Part shown: positions 30,134 through 39,645 of the stretch, piece after piece
How the letters are laid out: each line of letters begins with the position of its first letter
How positions within the stretch are numbered: position 1 is the first letter of the stretch
Source: Longimicrobiales bacterium
GTDB lineage: Bacteria > Gemmatimonadota > Gemmatimonadetes > Longimicrobiales > Gaopeijiaceae
Length of the DNA: 64,000 nt
Assembly: GCA_965202805.1 (NCBI GenBank)
Contig: OZ241869.1
Location: 800,001 to 864,000 of the forward strand
Direction of reading: 5' to 3'
Notes under the pieces: model-generated
Told to the model about the DNA's origin: nothing
The model's input: only the letters and a program-made list of their open reading frames with translations
Databases searched by the model: none
Translations under genes and position numbers: made by a program

Positions 30134-33100
30134 ACCCGGCGCCCCGCCCGAGCGTCCGCGGCGTGTTCGAGGCCGTGCGCGGCCACGTCGGCACCCGCTT
30201 CGGGATGGCGGGGGCGCTGTGGGCGACCGTTCCGGTGGCCGTCACCCTGATGCTCGCCTGGTGGCTGGGTGGTGCGGCGGGTTGGCGGCAGGGAAGCGCC
30301 GCGCCGCTGATCCTGGACGGGATTGCGATCGTCGCGGTCGCGCTCCTGGTCGCGTTGCTGGTCCGGATCCGGCGGCGCTGGCTCGACGAGGCCGGGGTCG
30401 CCGCAACCATGGAGGAGGCGGCCGGCCTTGCCCGCGGCGTGGTGCGCGGGTCGCTCGAGCTCTCCCGTTCGGTCCCGCCCGGTGTATCGGCGGCACTGGC
30501 GCGCCGTGCGGAAGCGCGGGTGGCGGGGCGCCTCACGTCCTCCCCGTCCGTGCTGGCCGGGTCGCTCCACCGGCGCAGCGGGCGCTGGATGCGCCTCGGG
30601 GCGGGGGCGCTCGTGGTGGCCAGCGTGCCGGTGATCTCCGCGTGGGCCGCGTCGCCGGAACGGTCGCGGCGCGCCTGGTCGGGGCTCGCCGCCCCGTTCG
30701 GTGTGATGGCGAGCCCGCGCTACGCTCCCCTGGCGGTTCGTCCGGGAGACATCGAGGTCTCGCGCGGGTCGGACGTGACCATCGAGGTCGAAACGATGGG
30801 ACGCCTCGAGGTTACGCTGCACTCCCGCGCACCGGGCGACGTACCGCGCGCCGTCACGCGCCAGGTCGCCGGCGGCGTCGCATCGTTCCGGTTCAACGCC
30901 GTGGAAACCGCCTTCGAGTACTGGGCGTCGGCCCCGGACGGGAGCACGAGCGAGCGCTACCGGGTCACCCCGGTGGATCCGCTTTTCGTCGCGGATCTGG
31001 TTCTGGAGCTCACCTTCCCGCCGCACACCGGCCGCTATGCGGAGGAGTATCGGGGGTCCGCGCCGCCGTTGAGCATCCCGGTGGGCACCCGCGTGCGTGT
31101 GGAAGGACGTGCCAGCCGCGAACTCCAGGTCGCCAGCCTCGCAGTCGAGGAGCCGAGCGGGCCGGCGGTCGCCCTGCAGGTCGACGGCCCTCGCTTCCAT
31201 GCCGACTGGACGCCGCGCGCCGGGGGTGCATACCACTGGCATCTCGTCGACGCGCGCGGCGGCGGCCCGGAGATCCCGCCCGTCCCGCTCGACATCACTC
31301 TGGTGCGGGACTCGGTGCCCGACGTCGCCATCGTCTTTCCCGGCCGCGACACCGTGCTTCCGCTCTCCATGGAGCAGCCGCTGGTCGTTCGGGCACAAGA
31401 CGACTATGGGCTCACCTCGGTCGAGCTGGTCACCTACCGGGTACGATCTCTGGGTGCACCCGAGGATCCGGTCGTGCGCAGAATGGGGATGGCCGGCACG
31501 CGGAGCGCGCTCGTGCGCCCGCTCCTTGACGTCTCCGACTGGGGGCTGCTCGCCGGCGACGAGATTCGCTACCGGGCTCGCGTGGTCGACAACGCACCGT
31601 CGCCGCAAATCGGCGAGAGCCCGGAATACGCGCTGCGCATGCCGGAGGCGTCCGAGCTTCGCTGGCAGGCCCAGCAGATGCTTGAAGACGCCGCGGCCGA
31701 GGTCGAATCGCTGGCGGAGCAGGCGGGGGCAGCGGCGGAGGAGACCCGGGAACTCGAGCGCCGCAATCAGGCGGAGCGAGCCGAGGAGCGCAGAAACCCC
31801 GGAACCCGCGGAGAGGAGGAACTGAGCTTCGAGGAGCAGGAAGAGCTGCGGCAGGCGCTCGAAGCGCAGGAGGAGCTGGCGGCCGAGGTGGATTCGCTGA
31901 GGCAGGAACTGGAGGAGGTCTCCGAGTCCATGCGCCAGGCGGGTCTCCCGGACCCCGAGTTCACCGACGAGATGGAGGAGCTCCAGCGTCTTCTCGAGGA
32001 AATGATGCCGGAGGAGCTGCGCGAACGCATGGAGGACATGGCGCGCGACTTCGAGGAAATGGACGAGGCCGCATCGCTGGAAGCGCTGGAGCGCCTCGCA
32101 CAGGACCAGGAGGAGTTGCGCCAGCGTCTGGAAGAATCGATCGAGCGTTTCCGCCGGGCCGCCACCGAGCAGGAACTGCGCGCCGCCGAGGAGGAAGCCG
32201 CCGAGCTGGCACGAAAGGAGGCCGCGCTCGCCGACGCCATGGAGGAGGGGGACACGCTCGACCTGCGCGCGCGCCAGCAGGCCGACCTGGAACAGCAGAC
32301 CGAGGCACTCCTGGAGCGCATGGAACAGGCGCGCGAACACCTGGACGAGCTGGGAGAGCAACAGGCCGGAGATCGGGCCGAGGCCGCCGGCGAGCGTACG
32401 GATGAAGCTCGCCAGGCAATGGCCGACGCCCGCGAGCAGGCAGAGGCGGGAGAGGCACAGTCGGCCGCGCAGGAGGCCCGCGAGGCAGCGGAGGCGCTCA
32501 GGGAAGCGCAGGAGGCGCTGGCCGAAGCGCGCGCCGAGATGACCGAGACCATGGACGCCGCCGCCCGCCAGGCGCTTCAGCAGGCGGCGGAAGATGCCCT
32601 CTCCCTCGCGCGCCAGCAGGCTGCGTTGCGCGAGCAGATGCGCCGGGCGAACGCCGCGCAGCAGGCGGCCATGCGGGCCGACGAAGCCTCGCTCCTGCGC
32701 GGCGTGCGCAACCTGGCCGAGAATCTGAGCGCCGGCTCGCGAGCCTCCGGCCAGGTCGACCGCGAGGTCAGCACGGCCATCGGCGAAGCCATGGAGGCCA
32801 TCAGCGAGACCCTCGAGGCTCTCGACAGCCGGCGCGGATCGACGCCGTCCCCGACCGCGACCGCCGAGGCGGCCGTACGGGCGCTCAACCAGGTGGCGCT
32901 TCAGGCCATCGCAAGCGCCGGACAGTCAGGGCAGGATGCGGCTTCCGGCGAAGGTGGCGAGATGCAGGAAATGCTCGAGGCCATCGCCCAGCGCCAGGGT
33001 GATCTGATCATCCAGACCGAGGAACTGATGCCGATGCAGCTGGGCGAGCAGGCGCTTGCCAGACAGATGCAGCAGCTCGCTCAGGGCCAGGAATCGGTCG

Positions 33101-33510
33101 CCGGCGAACTCGGTGATCTGGCCCGGCAGCCGAACTCGGAAGAGCAGGCGCTCGGGGACCTTGACGAGCTCGCGCAGGAGGCAGCCGCCCTTGCCGAACA
33201 GCTCGCCATGGAACGCCTGCGCCCGGAGACGATCGAGCGCCAGGAGCAGCTCTTCCAGCGGCTGCTGGACGCCGGACGAAGCCTGGAGCGGGACGAGGAG
33301 TCGGAGGAGCGGGAATCCGAAGTGCCGGGGGAATTCGAGCGCAACATGGTCGCCCCTCTCGGGGAAGAGGAAATGAACGCCCTCCGGTTCGAGCTTCCCG
33401 CCGCGGATGTGCTGGGTCGCCTGCCGCCCGCGCAGAGGCGCCTGGTGATCGAGTACTTCGAGCGCCTCAATCAGGCTGCAACCATCCCGCCCGCGGGAGG
33501 CGGGTGGTGA
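30130..33510 (+). CDS. large membrane-anchored protein with beta-sandwich region and long Glu/Gln-rich coiled coil (DUF4175-like)
   Basis: Three N-terminal TM segments, AQDDYGL and YRARVVDN motifs, about 550 aa of coiled coil, C-terminal RLLDAGRS...YFERL. Start is uncertain (CTG overlapping the upstream stop). Confidence 0.8.
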   Translation: MNPAPRPSVRGVFEAVRGHVGTRFGMAGALWATVPVAVTLMLAWWLGGAAGWRQGSAAPLILDGIAIVAVALLVALLVRIRRRWLDEAGVAATMEEAAGLARGVVRGSLELSRSVPPGVSAALARRAEARVAGRLTSSPSVLAGSLHRRSGRWMRLGAGALVVASVPVISAWAASPERSRRAWSGLAAPFGVMASPRYAPLAVRPGDIEVSRGSDVTIEVETMGRLEVTLHSRAPGDVPRAVTRQVAGGVASFRFNAVETAFEYWASAPDGSTSERYRVTPVDPLFVADLVLELTFPPHTGRYAEEYRGSAPPLSIPVGTRVRVEGRASRELQVASLAVEEPSGPAVALQVDGPRFHADWTPRAGGAYHWHLVDARGGGPEIPPVPLDITLVRDSVPDVAIVFPGRDTVLPLSMEQPLVVRAQDDYGLTSVELVTYRVRSLGAPEDPVVRRMGMAGTRSALVRPLLDVSDWGLLAGDEIRYRARVVDNAPSPQIGESPEYALRMPEASELRWQAQQMLEDAAAEVESLAEQAGAAAEETRELERRNQAERAEERRNPGTRGEEELSFEEQEELRQALEAQEELAAEVDSLRQELEEVSESMRQAGLPDPEFTDEMEELQRLLEEMMPEELRERMEDMARDFEEMDEAASLEALERLAQDQEELRQRLEESIERFRRAATEQELRAAEEEAAELARKEAALADAMEEGDTLDLRARQQADLEQQTEALLERMEQAREHLDELGEQQAGDRAEAAGERTDEARQAMADAREQAEAGEAQSAAQEAREAAEALREAQEALAEARAEMTETMDAAARQALQQAAEDALSLARQQAALREQMRRANAAQQAAMRADEASLLRGVRNLAENLSAGSRASGQVDREVSTAIGEAMEAISETLEALDSRRGSTPSPTATAEAAVRALNQVALQAIASAGQSGQDAASGEGGEMQEMLEAIAQRQGDLIIQTEELMPMQLGEQALARQMQQLAQGQESVAGELGDLARQPNSEEQALGDLDELAQEAAALAEQLAMERLRPETIERQEQLFQRLLDAGRSLERDEESEERESEVPGEFERNMVAPLGEEEMNALRFELPAADVLGRLPPAQRRLVIEYFERLNQAATIPPAGGGW

Positions 33511-35285
33511 ACGGCGGCGTCCGCCGGGGTCTCTCCGGAGCCCTTTCGCTGGCGGTGGGCCTGGCGCTGACAGCGGCTGCGACGGACGGCCAGCTGTCGT
33601 CGAGCGAAGAATCCAGGCTGCTCCGCGAGGCGGCCCGCGCCGAGTCGGCGGGAGACTATGCCGCTTCCGTTGAGATCCTCACCTCGCTGTTGCGGGACCG
33701 GCCTGCTTCGTCGGGAGCCATCTTCGCCCTGGAACGCGTGCTGCGCGCACAGGACCGGGTGTCCCAGGTTCTCGATCCCATCGACGCGTTCCTGGCGGTC
33801 GATCCCGTGTCCACCGGTCCCCGCTACCTCAAGCTGAGGATCCTCCTGGAGGTGGATTCCCTGGCTGAACTGCGTTCCGCGGCGGAATCCTGGATCGCGC
33901 AGAACCCGGCCTCCCCGGATTCCTATCGCGAGGTTGCTCGCGTGTACGAGCGGGCGTTCGGCGGCGAAGAAGCCCTCTCCGTGCTGCGGCGCGGACAGGA
34001 CCGTGCCGGTGAGGGGGTTCTCGCGGTAGAGGCCGGAGATGTCCTGCTTCGCCTCGGGCGTCCCGGGGAGGCCCTCCTCGAGTGGGCGCGCGCGCTCGAC
34101 GGCTCCGAGGCCCAGGCCCCCGGGGCATTGCGACGGATGGTGCGCGCCGGCGGGGAGAATCCCGGACTGGCACCCGGGGTTGTCCGCGAGCTGGCGGTGG
34201 ACGGCGCGTCCGACGCCCGCAGGCGGGCGGCGATCGAGATCGCGCTCGAGGCCCGCCTGCAGCCGGAGGCGCGGCGGCTTGCGGAGGAGGTTGCGGAAGA
34301 TCTTGCGGAGCCGGAACGGCAAGCCTTCCTCAACGCGCTTCTGCGTCTCGCCGAAGAAAAGGACGCCGATCAGCTCGCGCTGTGGACGCTGCAGCAGCTG
34401 CGTCGGGAGGTTCCCAGGGGTTCAAGCGCGCGCACGCTGGACCGGCAGATCGCCGTCACGTCGCTCGTGGCCGGGGATACCGTGCGCGCGCTGGCAGCCA
34501 GGGAGCGATACGCCCGCGGGTTGCCCCAACGCTCGCCGGAGCGGAGGCGGGCGCTGGCCGAGATGATTCGCCTGGAGATGGCGACCGGCGCGCCCGCCGA
34601 CCTGCTGGATCGTTTCGGCGCCTTCCACCAAGAGTTCCCGAACGCCCCCGAGGCCGACCCGCTGGCGGTCGCGCTCTCCGAGCGCCTCCGGAACGACGGC
34701 GAACCGGAAGTCGCGGCTCGGATGCTGGAAGGGGTCCAGGGCCCGTTGAGCGCCCGGCAGCGCGCGTGGCTGGCACTCGAGGCGGGCAACCTGGAAGGCG
34801 CCCGGGTCAACCTGATCCTCGCCGCGGCGGGGCTGCCCGCCACCGAGGCCACCGCGATCGTGCAGCTTGTCGGCATCCTCGACCGGGTCGGCGAGGAGGC
34901 GTCCGAACTGGCGGGAAGGGTGTCCATCTCACGCCATCGGGAGGGCGCCGAGGCGGCATTCGAGCTGGTGCACGAGGCGGTGCACGCCCTGCCGCCGGAA
35001 GACCAGCCTCCCCTCCTCGCCCTGGCCGCCCGCCTCGCCGACGAAATCGACCGGCAGGGCGAGGCGGCACGCCTGCGCGAATCCCTCGCCGCCACCTTTC
35101 CGGAATCGAGCGAGGCGCCCGAAGCCATACTGCAACTGGCCCGCTACCGGGCTTCCACCCCGACCGGCGTGCCGGCCGCCATCGGGCTCCTCGAGGAACT
35201 CATTGTGGCCCGTCCCAACAGCGCGGTGGTGCCGGTGGCCCGCCGCGAACTGGAACGCCTGAGGGCATCAGGAGGTGTTTCGTGA
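33504..35285 (+). CDS. exported TPR-like helical repeat protein
   Basis: Signal peptide; helical repeats such as FHQEFPNAPEAD, ATFPESSEAPEA and ARPNSAVVPVAR. Confidence 0.8.
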   Translation: MVNGGVRRGLSGALSLAVGLALTAAATDGQLSSSEESRLLREAARAESAGDYAASVEILTSLLRDRPASSGAIFALERVLRAQDRVSQVLDPIDAFLAVDPVSTGPRYLKLRILLEVDSLAELRSAAESWIAQNPASPDSYREVARVYERAFGGEEALSVLRRGQDRAGEGVLAVEAGDVLLRLGRPGEALLEWARALDGSEAQAPGALRRMVRAGGENPGLAPGVVRELAVDGASDARRRAAIEIALEARLQPEARRLAEEVAEDLAEPERQAFLNALLRLAEEKDADQLALWTLQQLRREVPRGSSARTLDRQIAVTSLVAGDTVRALAARERYARGLPQRSPERRRALAEMIRLEMATGAPADLLDRFGAFHQEFPNAPEADPLAVALSERLRNDGEPEVAARMLEGVQGPLSARQRAWLALEAGNLEGARVNLILAAAGLPATEATAIVQLVGILDRVGEEASELAGRVSISRHREGAEAAFELVHEAVHALPPEDQPPLLALAARLADEIDRQGEAARLRESLAATFPESSEAPEAILQLARYRASTPTGVPAAIGLLEELIVARPNSAVVPVARRELERLRASGGVS

Positions 35286-36565
35286 ACGCTTTCCAATGGT
35301 CGGCTCTCGGACCGTGCATGCGCCGGGCGGGGCTGTTCGCGGCCCTGCTGCTCGCGCCGCAGGCTCTCCGGGCCCAGCATCTCCTGGTGCCGATGGACCA
35401 GGACCAGGACGATCACCTGAAGGCCTACGGGCTCACCTACTGGAGCCTTGAGCGCGGTGCGACTGCGGAGTGGCTGCTCAACTATCGTGACGGCTCCTTC
35501 CTTCTGCCGGACAGGCAGGACGTTCGCCGGGAGGCGGCGTTTCGCGGCGTCAGCATCGAGTCTGTGAGCGCAGCCGACGTGGCGGCGATGCGAGCGGTGA
35601 TCGCGCGCTCCAACATGGAGTCGGTAATCCTCGAGAAGGCACCCAGCATAGCGATCTACACGCCCGCCAACACGACGCCCTGGGACGATGCCGTGACCAT
35701 GGCGCTCGAGTATGCGGGCATCACATACGACAAGGTGTGGGATCCGGAAGTCCTGAACGGGGACCTCGAGAACTACGAGTGGCTCCATCTCCACCACGAG
35801 GACTTTACGGGCCAGTATTCCAAGTTCTTCATCACATATGCCGGAGCTCCCTGGCTGCAGGAGGAAGTGGCCCGCAACCAGGAAGTGGCCACGGCGTTCG
35901 GATATCCGCACGTGCCCGCGCTCAAGAAGGCTGTGGCGAACACGATTCTCGACTACGTGGAGGGAGGCGGCTTCCTCTTCGCCATGTGCTCGGCAACCGA
36001 GACGCTCGGCCTGGCCCTGGCGGCCCGGGAAGCCGACATCGCGGCGGCCTTCGCCGACGGCACCCCGCCGGCCCTCGACGCCTCGGCGCACATGGACTGG
36101 GACCGGGCGCTGGGGTTCATGAACGCCGAAGTGCAGCTTTCACCGTCGGTCAACGCGTTCAGCGACATAGACGGTCATCAGGTCAACACGCCGTGGCGGG
36201 AAGAGCTGGGGGCGTTCTCGCTCTTCGAGTTCTCCGCCAAGCTGGATCCCGTGCCCTCGATGCTGACGCAGAGCCACGAGGACGTGCTCTCGGACTTCTA
36301 CGGGCTCACGACGTCCTTCCGCATCGACCGCATCAAGCCGGGTGCCATCATCCTGGCACAGGAGGGCGGATGGGCCAAGTACATCCACGGAAACCGGGGC
36401 GAAGGCACCTGGACCTTCTACGGCGGGCACGATCCGGAAGACCCCGAGCACCAGATCGGCGATCCGCCGACGGATCTCTCCCTGCACGCCAATTCGGGCG
36501 GGTATCGCCTGATACTGAACAACGTCCTCTTCCCTGCGGCCCGGAAGAAACAGCGCAAGACCTGA
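35282..36565 (+). CDS. exported class I glutamine-amidotransferase-like protein (family often labelled 'asparagine synthetase B' in FCB genomes)
   Basis: Signal peptide ending ALRA-Q; HLKAYG, WLLNYRDGSF, PWDDAV, WLHLHHEDFTGQY, GGFLFAMCSAT, GGHDPED and YRLILNNVLFPAA motifs. Confidence 0.8.
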   Translation: MNAFQWSALGPCMRRAGLFAALLLAPQALRAQHLLVPMDQDQDDHLKAYGLTYWSLERGATAEWLLNYRDGSFLLPDRQDVRREAAFRGVSIESVSAADVAAMRAVIARSNMESVILEKAPSIAIYTPANTTPWDDAVTMALEYAGITYDKVWDPEVLNGDLENYEWLHLHHEDFTGQYSKFFITYAGAPWLQEEVARNQEVATAFGYPHVPALKKAVANTILDYVEGGGFLFAMCSATETLGLALAAREADIAAAFADGTPPALDASAHMDWDRALGFMNAEVQLSPSVNAFSDIDGHQVNTPWREELGAFSLFEFSAKLDPVPSMLTQSHEDVLSDFYGLTTSFRIDRIKPGAIILAQEGGWAKYIHGNRGEGTWTFYGGHDPEDPEHQIGDPPTDLSLHANSGGYRLILNNVLFPAARKKQRKT

Positions 36566-36605
36566 CGCCGGCCCGAGGGAGGACCATCCTCCGGACCCCC
36601 GCCCC

Positions 36606-39206
36606 GTGACCCGCGAGCGGGCCCCCTCCCGGCCCGATCTCGTCCTCGCGCCCGAGGCCGCGAAGCGCATGCGCGAGCAGATCGCGCGGGCGGGCGGGCG
36701 CGAAGTCAGCTTTCTCGCCAACGTGACCCCCGAACGGGTCATCGTGGACCCCCGAACGGTCGCCCGGGGGAACCGTGCCGCCGTGCTCGCCGCGGCCAGC
36801 GACGCGCGCACCGGCGAGATCATGCTGCACAACCACCCCTCCGGACTCCTGGAGCCCTCCGACGCGGACCTCCACGTGGCCGGCCGGCTCTACGAACAGG
36901 GCGTCGGCAGCGCCATCGTCGACAACCTGGCGAGAGCGCTGTACGTGGTGGTGGAGCCGCCGCCGCCGTCGTCGCTCGAACCCCTGGACATCCCCGGGAT
37001 GGAAGCGCTGGCCGCCCCGGGCGGCGCCCTCTCGCGCCTGCACGAGCGCTATGAGGATCGTCCCGGTCAGCGTGCCATGCTGGCGGAGGTGGCGCGAGGA
37101 TACAATCAGGACGAGGTCACCCTGGTGGAGGCCGGCACCGGCACCGGGAAGTCGGTCGCCTATCTGCTGCCCGCGGCGCGCTGGGCGATCCGCAACAAGG
37201 AACGGACGATCGTCTCGACCAACACCATCAACCTGCAGGAGCAGCTCGTCGCAAAGGATCTTCCTCTCGTGCGCGAGCTCCTGGGAGAGGATTTCCGCTG
37301 GGCCCTGATGAAGGGCAGGGGGAACTACATCTCCATCCGCCGGGCTCATCTGGCGGCGGAGAGCGCGGCCACCCTCTTCGGGAAGGACCGCACCCGCGAG
37401 GTCGATGCGCTGCTCGACTGGATCGCGGCCACGGAAGACGGGTCGCTCGCCGATCTGGCGACGGCCCCGTCCCGGGAGGTATGGGAAGAGGTGCAGTCCG
37501 ACTCCGACATCTGCCTGCACGCCCGCTGTCCCCACTTCCAGTCGTGCTTCTACCAGCGCTCGCGACGGGTGGCGGCGTCCGCCGACGTGCTGGTGGTGAA
37601 CCACCATCTTCTCTTCTCCGACCTCTCCTTGCGCATCGCCACCGACAATTTCACCCAGTCCGCGGCGCTGCCGGCATACCGGCGACTGATCCTGGACGAA
37701 GCGCACAACGTCGAGGACGCCGCCACCAGCCACCTGGGCGCCAGCCTCAGCCGGAAGGGATTCGCAGCCACGCTGACCCGCCTGGAGCGTGTGGCGGGTG
37801 TGGTGCGCCGAAAGCTCGCCGGCCTTCCCACGGTGCCCGAGGATGGCCCGCGGCCGGAGGGTCCCGTGTCGGATCCGGCGACGAGGCCCCTTCTGGAACG
37901 ACTCAAGGACCGCGTGCTCCCCGCACTGGTCCGGACGCGCGGACAATTCGAAGCCTTTTTCCACATCCTCGACGAGATGGCGCCCCTGCCCGGAGGCGTG
38001 CGCGTGAGGCTGGGCTCGAAGCAGCTCCCGGAGCCCATCGACCAGGAGCGGGTTCACAGAAGCCTCGGTGCGCTTCTGGACGCGCTCGCAGGGCTGACGC
38101 GCGAAGTGTCCGAGCTCGGCGCGCGCATCGAGCTCACCGACGAGTGGCGCGAACCGCTCGAGGGAAGGGTCCTCGACCTGCGGAGCATCGAGCGCCGCCT
38201 GACCAATGCGTCGCGGAGCCTGCGCCTCGTCCTGGATCCCGCGGAGGAGGGACAGCGATACGTTCGCTGGGTGGAGCAGAGGAGTCCCCGGCGTGGAAAG
38301 CGCCGCAACCTTCATCTCGCCGCCGCGCCCATCGAGCTGGACGAACTGCTCAGGGAACAGTTGTTCAAGCGCCTTCGCACCACCGTGCTCACCTCGGCGA
38401 CGCTGACCACCCGCAGGAGCTTCGGCTTCCTGCGCGGACGTCTCGGGCTCGCGCGCGACCCCGGCGATGCGCCTGCCCTCAGGGTCGCCGAAGCACGCAT
38501 CGACTCTCCCTTCGACTTCGCCTCGCAGACCCTGCTCTGCGTTCCGTCGGACCTGCCGCGACCCGCGTTCGGGAGTTCGGCGGGAAGCGGCTCGTTCAAT
38601 CGTGCGACCGCCCGCGCCGTTGCGGCACTCGCCGACATCTCGCGGGGTGGACTCTTCGCCCTTTTCACATCGCATCGGGCCCTGCGCGCGGTGGCGGAGG
38701 CGCTGCGGGCGGGGGGAGAGGGACGCTGGCCGCTACTGGTGCACGGAGAGGACGACCGATCGCGGCTTCTCTCCCGCTTCGTCGAGGCGGGCAACGCGAT
38801 TCTGCTGGGCACCTCCTCCTTCTGGGAGGGCGTGGACGTGCCCGGCCGCCCCCTGCGCGGGCTGCTCATCCAGAAGCTTCCGTTCAGCGTCCCCACCGAT
38901 CCGGTGGTCGAAGCGCGCATGGAAGCCATCGAGGCGGTCGGAGGAAACCCGTTCCAGGAGTTGATGCTGCCTCAGGCCGCGCTTCGCCTGCGCCAGGGCT
39001 TCGGTCGCCTCGTGCGCTCGCGCCGGGACCGGGGAGCCGTGGTGCTGCTGGATTCGCGAATCGTCAAGTACCGCTATGGCCGCTACCTGCTCGAGTCGCT
39101 CCCTCCGGCGCCGCTCGCCCACGGGCCCTGGCGCCGCGTCGAGAAGGACCTGCGTGCGTTCTATGGCCCCCCCGCCAGGCCAGGGACTGCGCAGCGCACG
39201 GGATAG
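36606..39206 (+). CDS. JAB/MPN domain-DinG/YoaA family helicase fusion
   Basis: N-terminal GREV...HNHPSGLLEPSDAD (JAB); then EAGTGTGKS, DEAH, TSATL, FWEGVDVPG and QGFGRLVR helicase motifs. Confidence 0.92.
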   Translation: MTRERAPSRPDLVLAPEAAKRMREQIARAGGREVSFLANVTPERVIVDPRTVARGNRAAVLAAASDARTGEIMLHNHPSGLLEPSDADLHVAGRLYEQGVGSAIVDNLARALYVVVEPPPPSSLEPLDIPGMEALAAPGGALSRLHERYEDRPGQRAMLAEVARGYNQDEVTLVEAGTGTGKSVAYLLPAARWAIRNKERTIVSTNTINLQEQLVAKDLPLVRELLGEDFRWALMKGRGNYISIRRAHLAAESAATLFGKDRTREVDALLDWIAATEDGSLADLATAPSREVWEEVQSDSDICLHARCPHFQSCFYQRSRRVAASADVLVVNHHLLFSDLSLRIATDNFTQSAALPAYRRLILDEAHNVEDAATSHLGASLSRKGFAATLTRLERVAGVVRRKLAGLPTVPEDGPRPEGPVSDPATRPLLERLKDRVLPALVRTRGQFEAFFHILDEMAPLPGGVRVRLGSKQLPEPIDQERVHRSLGALLDALAGLTREVSELGARIELTDEWREPLEGRVLDLRSIERRLTNASRSLRLVLDPAEEGQRYVRWVEQRSPRRGKRRNLHLAAAPIELDELLREQLFKRLRTTVLTSATLTTRRSFGFLRGRLGLARDPGDAPALRVAEARIDSPFDFASQTLLCVPSDLPRPAFGSSAGSGSFNRATARAVAALADISRGGLFALFTSHRALRAVAEALRAGGEGRWPLLVHGEDDRSRLLSRFVEAGNAILLGTSSFWEGVDVPGRPLRGLLIQKLPFSVPTDPVVEARMEAIEAVGGNPFQELMLPQAALRLRQGFGRLVRSRRDRGAVVLLDSRIVKYRYGRYLLESLPPAPLAHGPWRRVEKDLRAFYGPPARPGTAQRTG

Positions 39207-39336
39207 GAGGCAGTCCGGCCCGCCGCGGGCAGTTTTCCCCCCGCGGCCAACCCGGTACATTACCAGCGTTCGCGGTCTTCCCTTCGCGCGCCAGCGGATC
39301 TGCCTCTGCGCGGCACCCAAATCGGGCTCTGACTCC

Positions 39337-39552
39337 ATGAAACGGATCGCCGGCATTCTCGTCGCAGCCTTCTACGCGGTCATCACCTTCCTGGCTTTCG
39401 GCCATTCGATGGATGGATGGGCCGGCGGACACGCCGACCTGGGCTTCTGGTGGGCCGTGATCGGCGGCTTCCTCGCCATCGCCGGACTGGGGGCATTGAT
39501 CGGCACGCTCCTGCACACGGGCCGGAGGAACCGCCTGCCATCGGGCGGTTAG
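39337..39552 (+). CDS. small hypothetical membrane protein (2 TM segments, 71 aa)
   Basis: MKRIAGILVAAFYAVITFLAF...FWWAVIGGFLAIAGLGALIGTLL; host-like codon use. Confidence 0.7.
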   Translation: MKRIAGILVAAFYAVITFLAFGHSMDGWAGGHADLGFWWAVIGGFLAIAGLGALIGTLLHTGRRNRLPSGG

Positions 39553-39645
39553 AAGGCCCAAACCGCGCGGGGGCGCTGCCCCGGGCGGGTCTCGATGTTC
39601 CGGCCCCCTGTCAACCTCAGCCACTGAAAGCACGGGCGCGTCCCC

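Noticed and set aside
31680..33330. Glu/Gln/Ala-rich quasi-repeats in the large coiled-coil gene as a DNA repeat array
   Set aside because: Explained by heptad coiled-coil composition; no exact nucleotide repeat unit was seen.
36606..39206. DinG as part of a type IV CRISPR or defence system
   Set aside because: No cas or csf genes, arrays or defence-island context; the neighbourhood is housekeeping.
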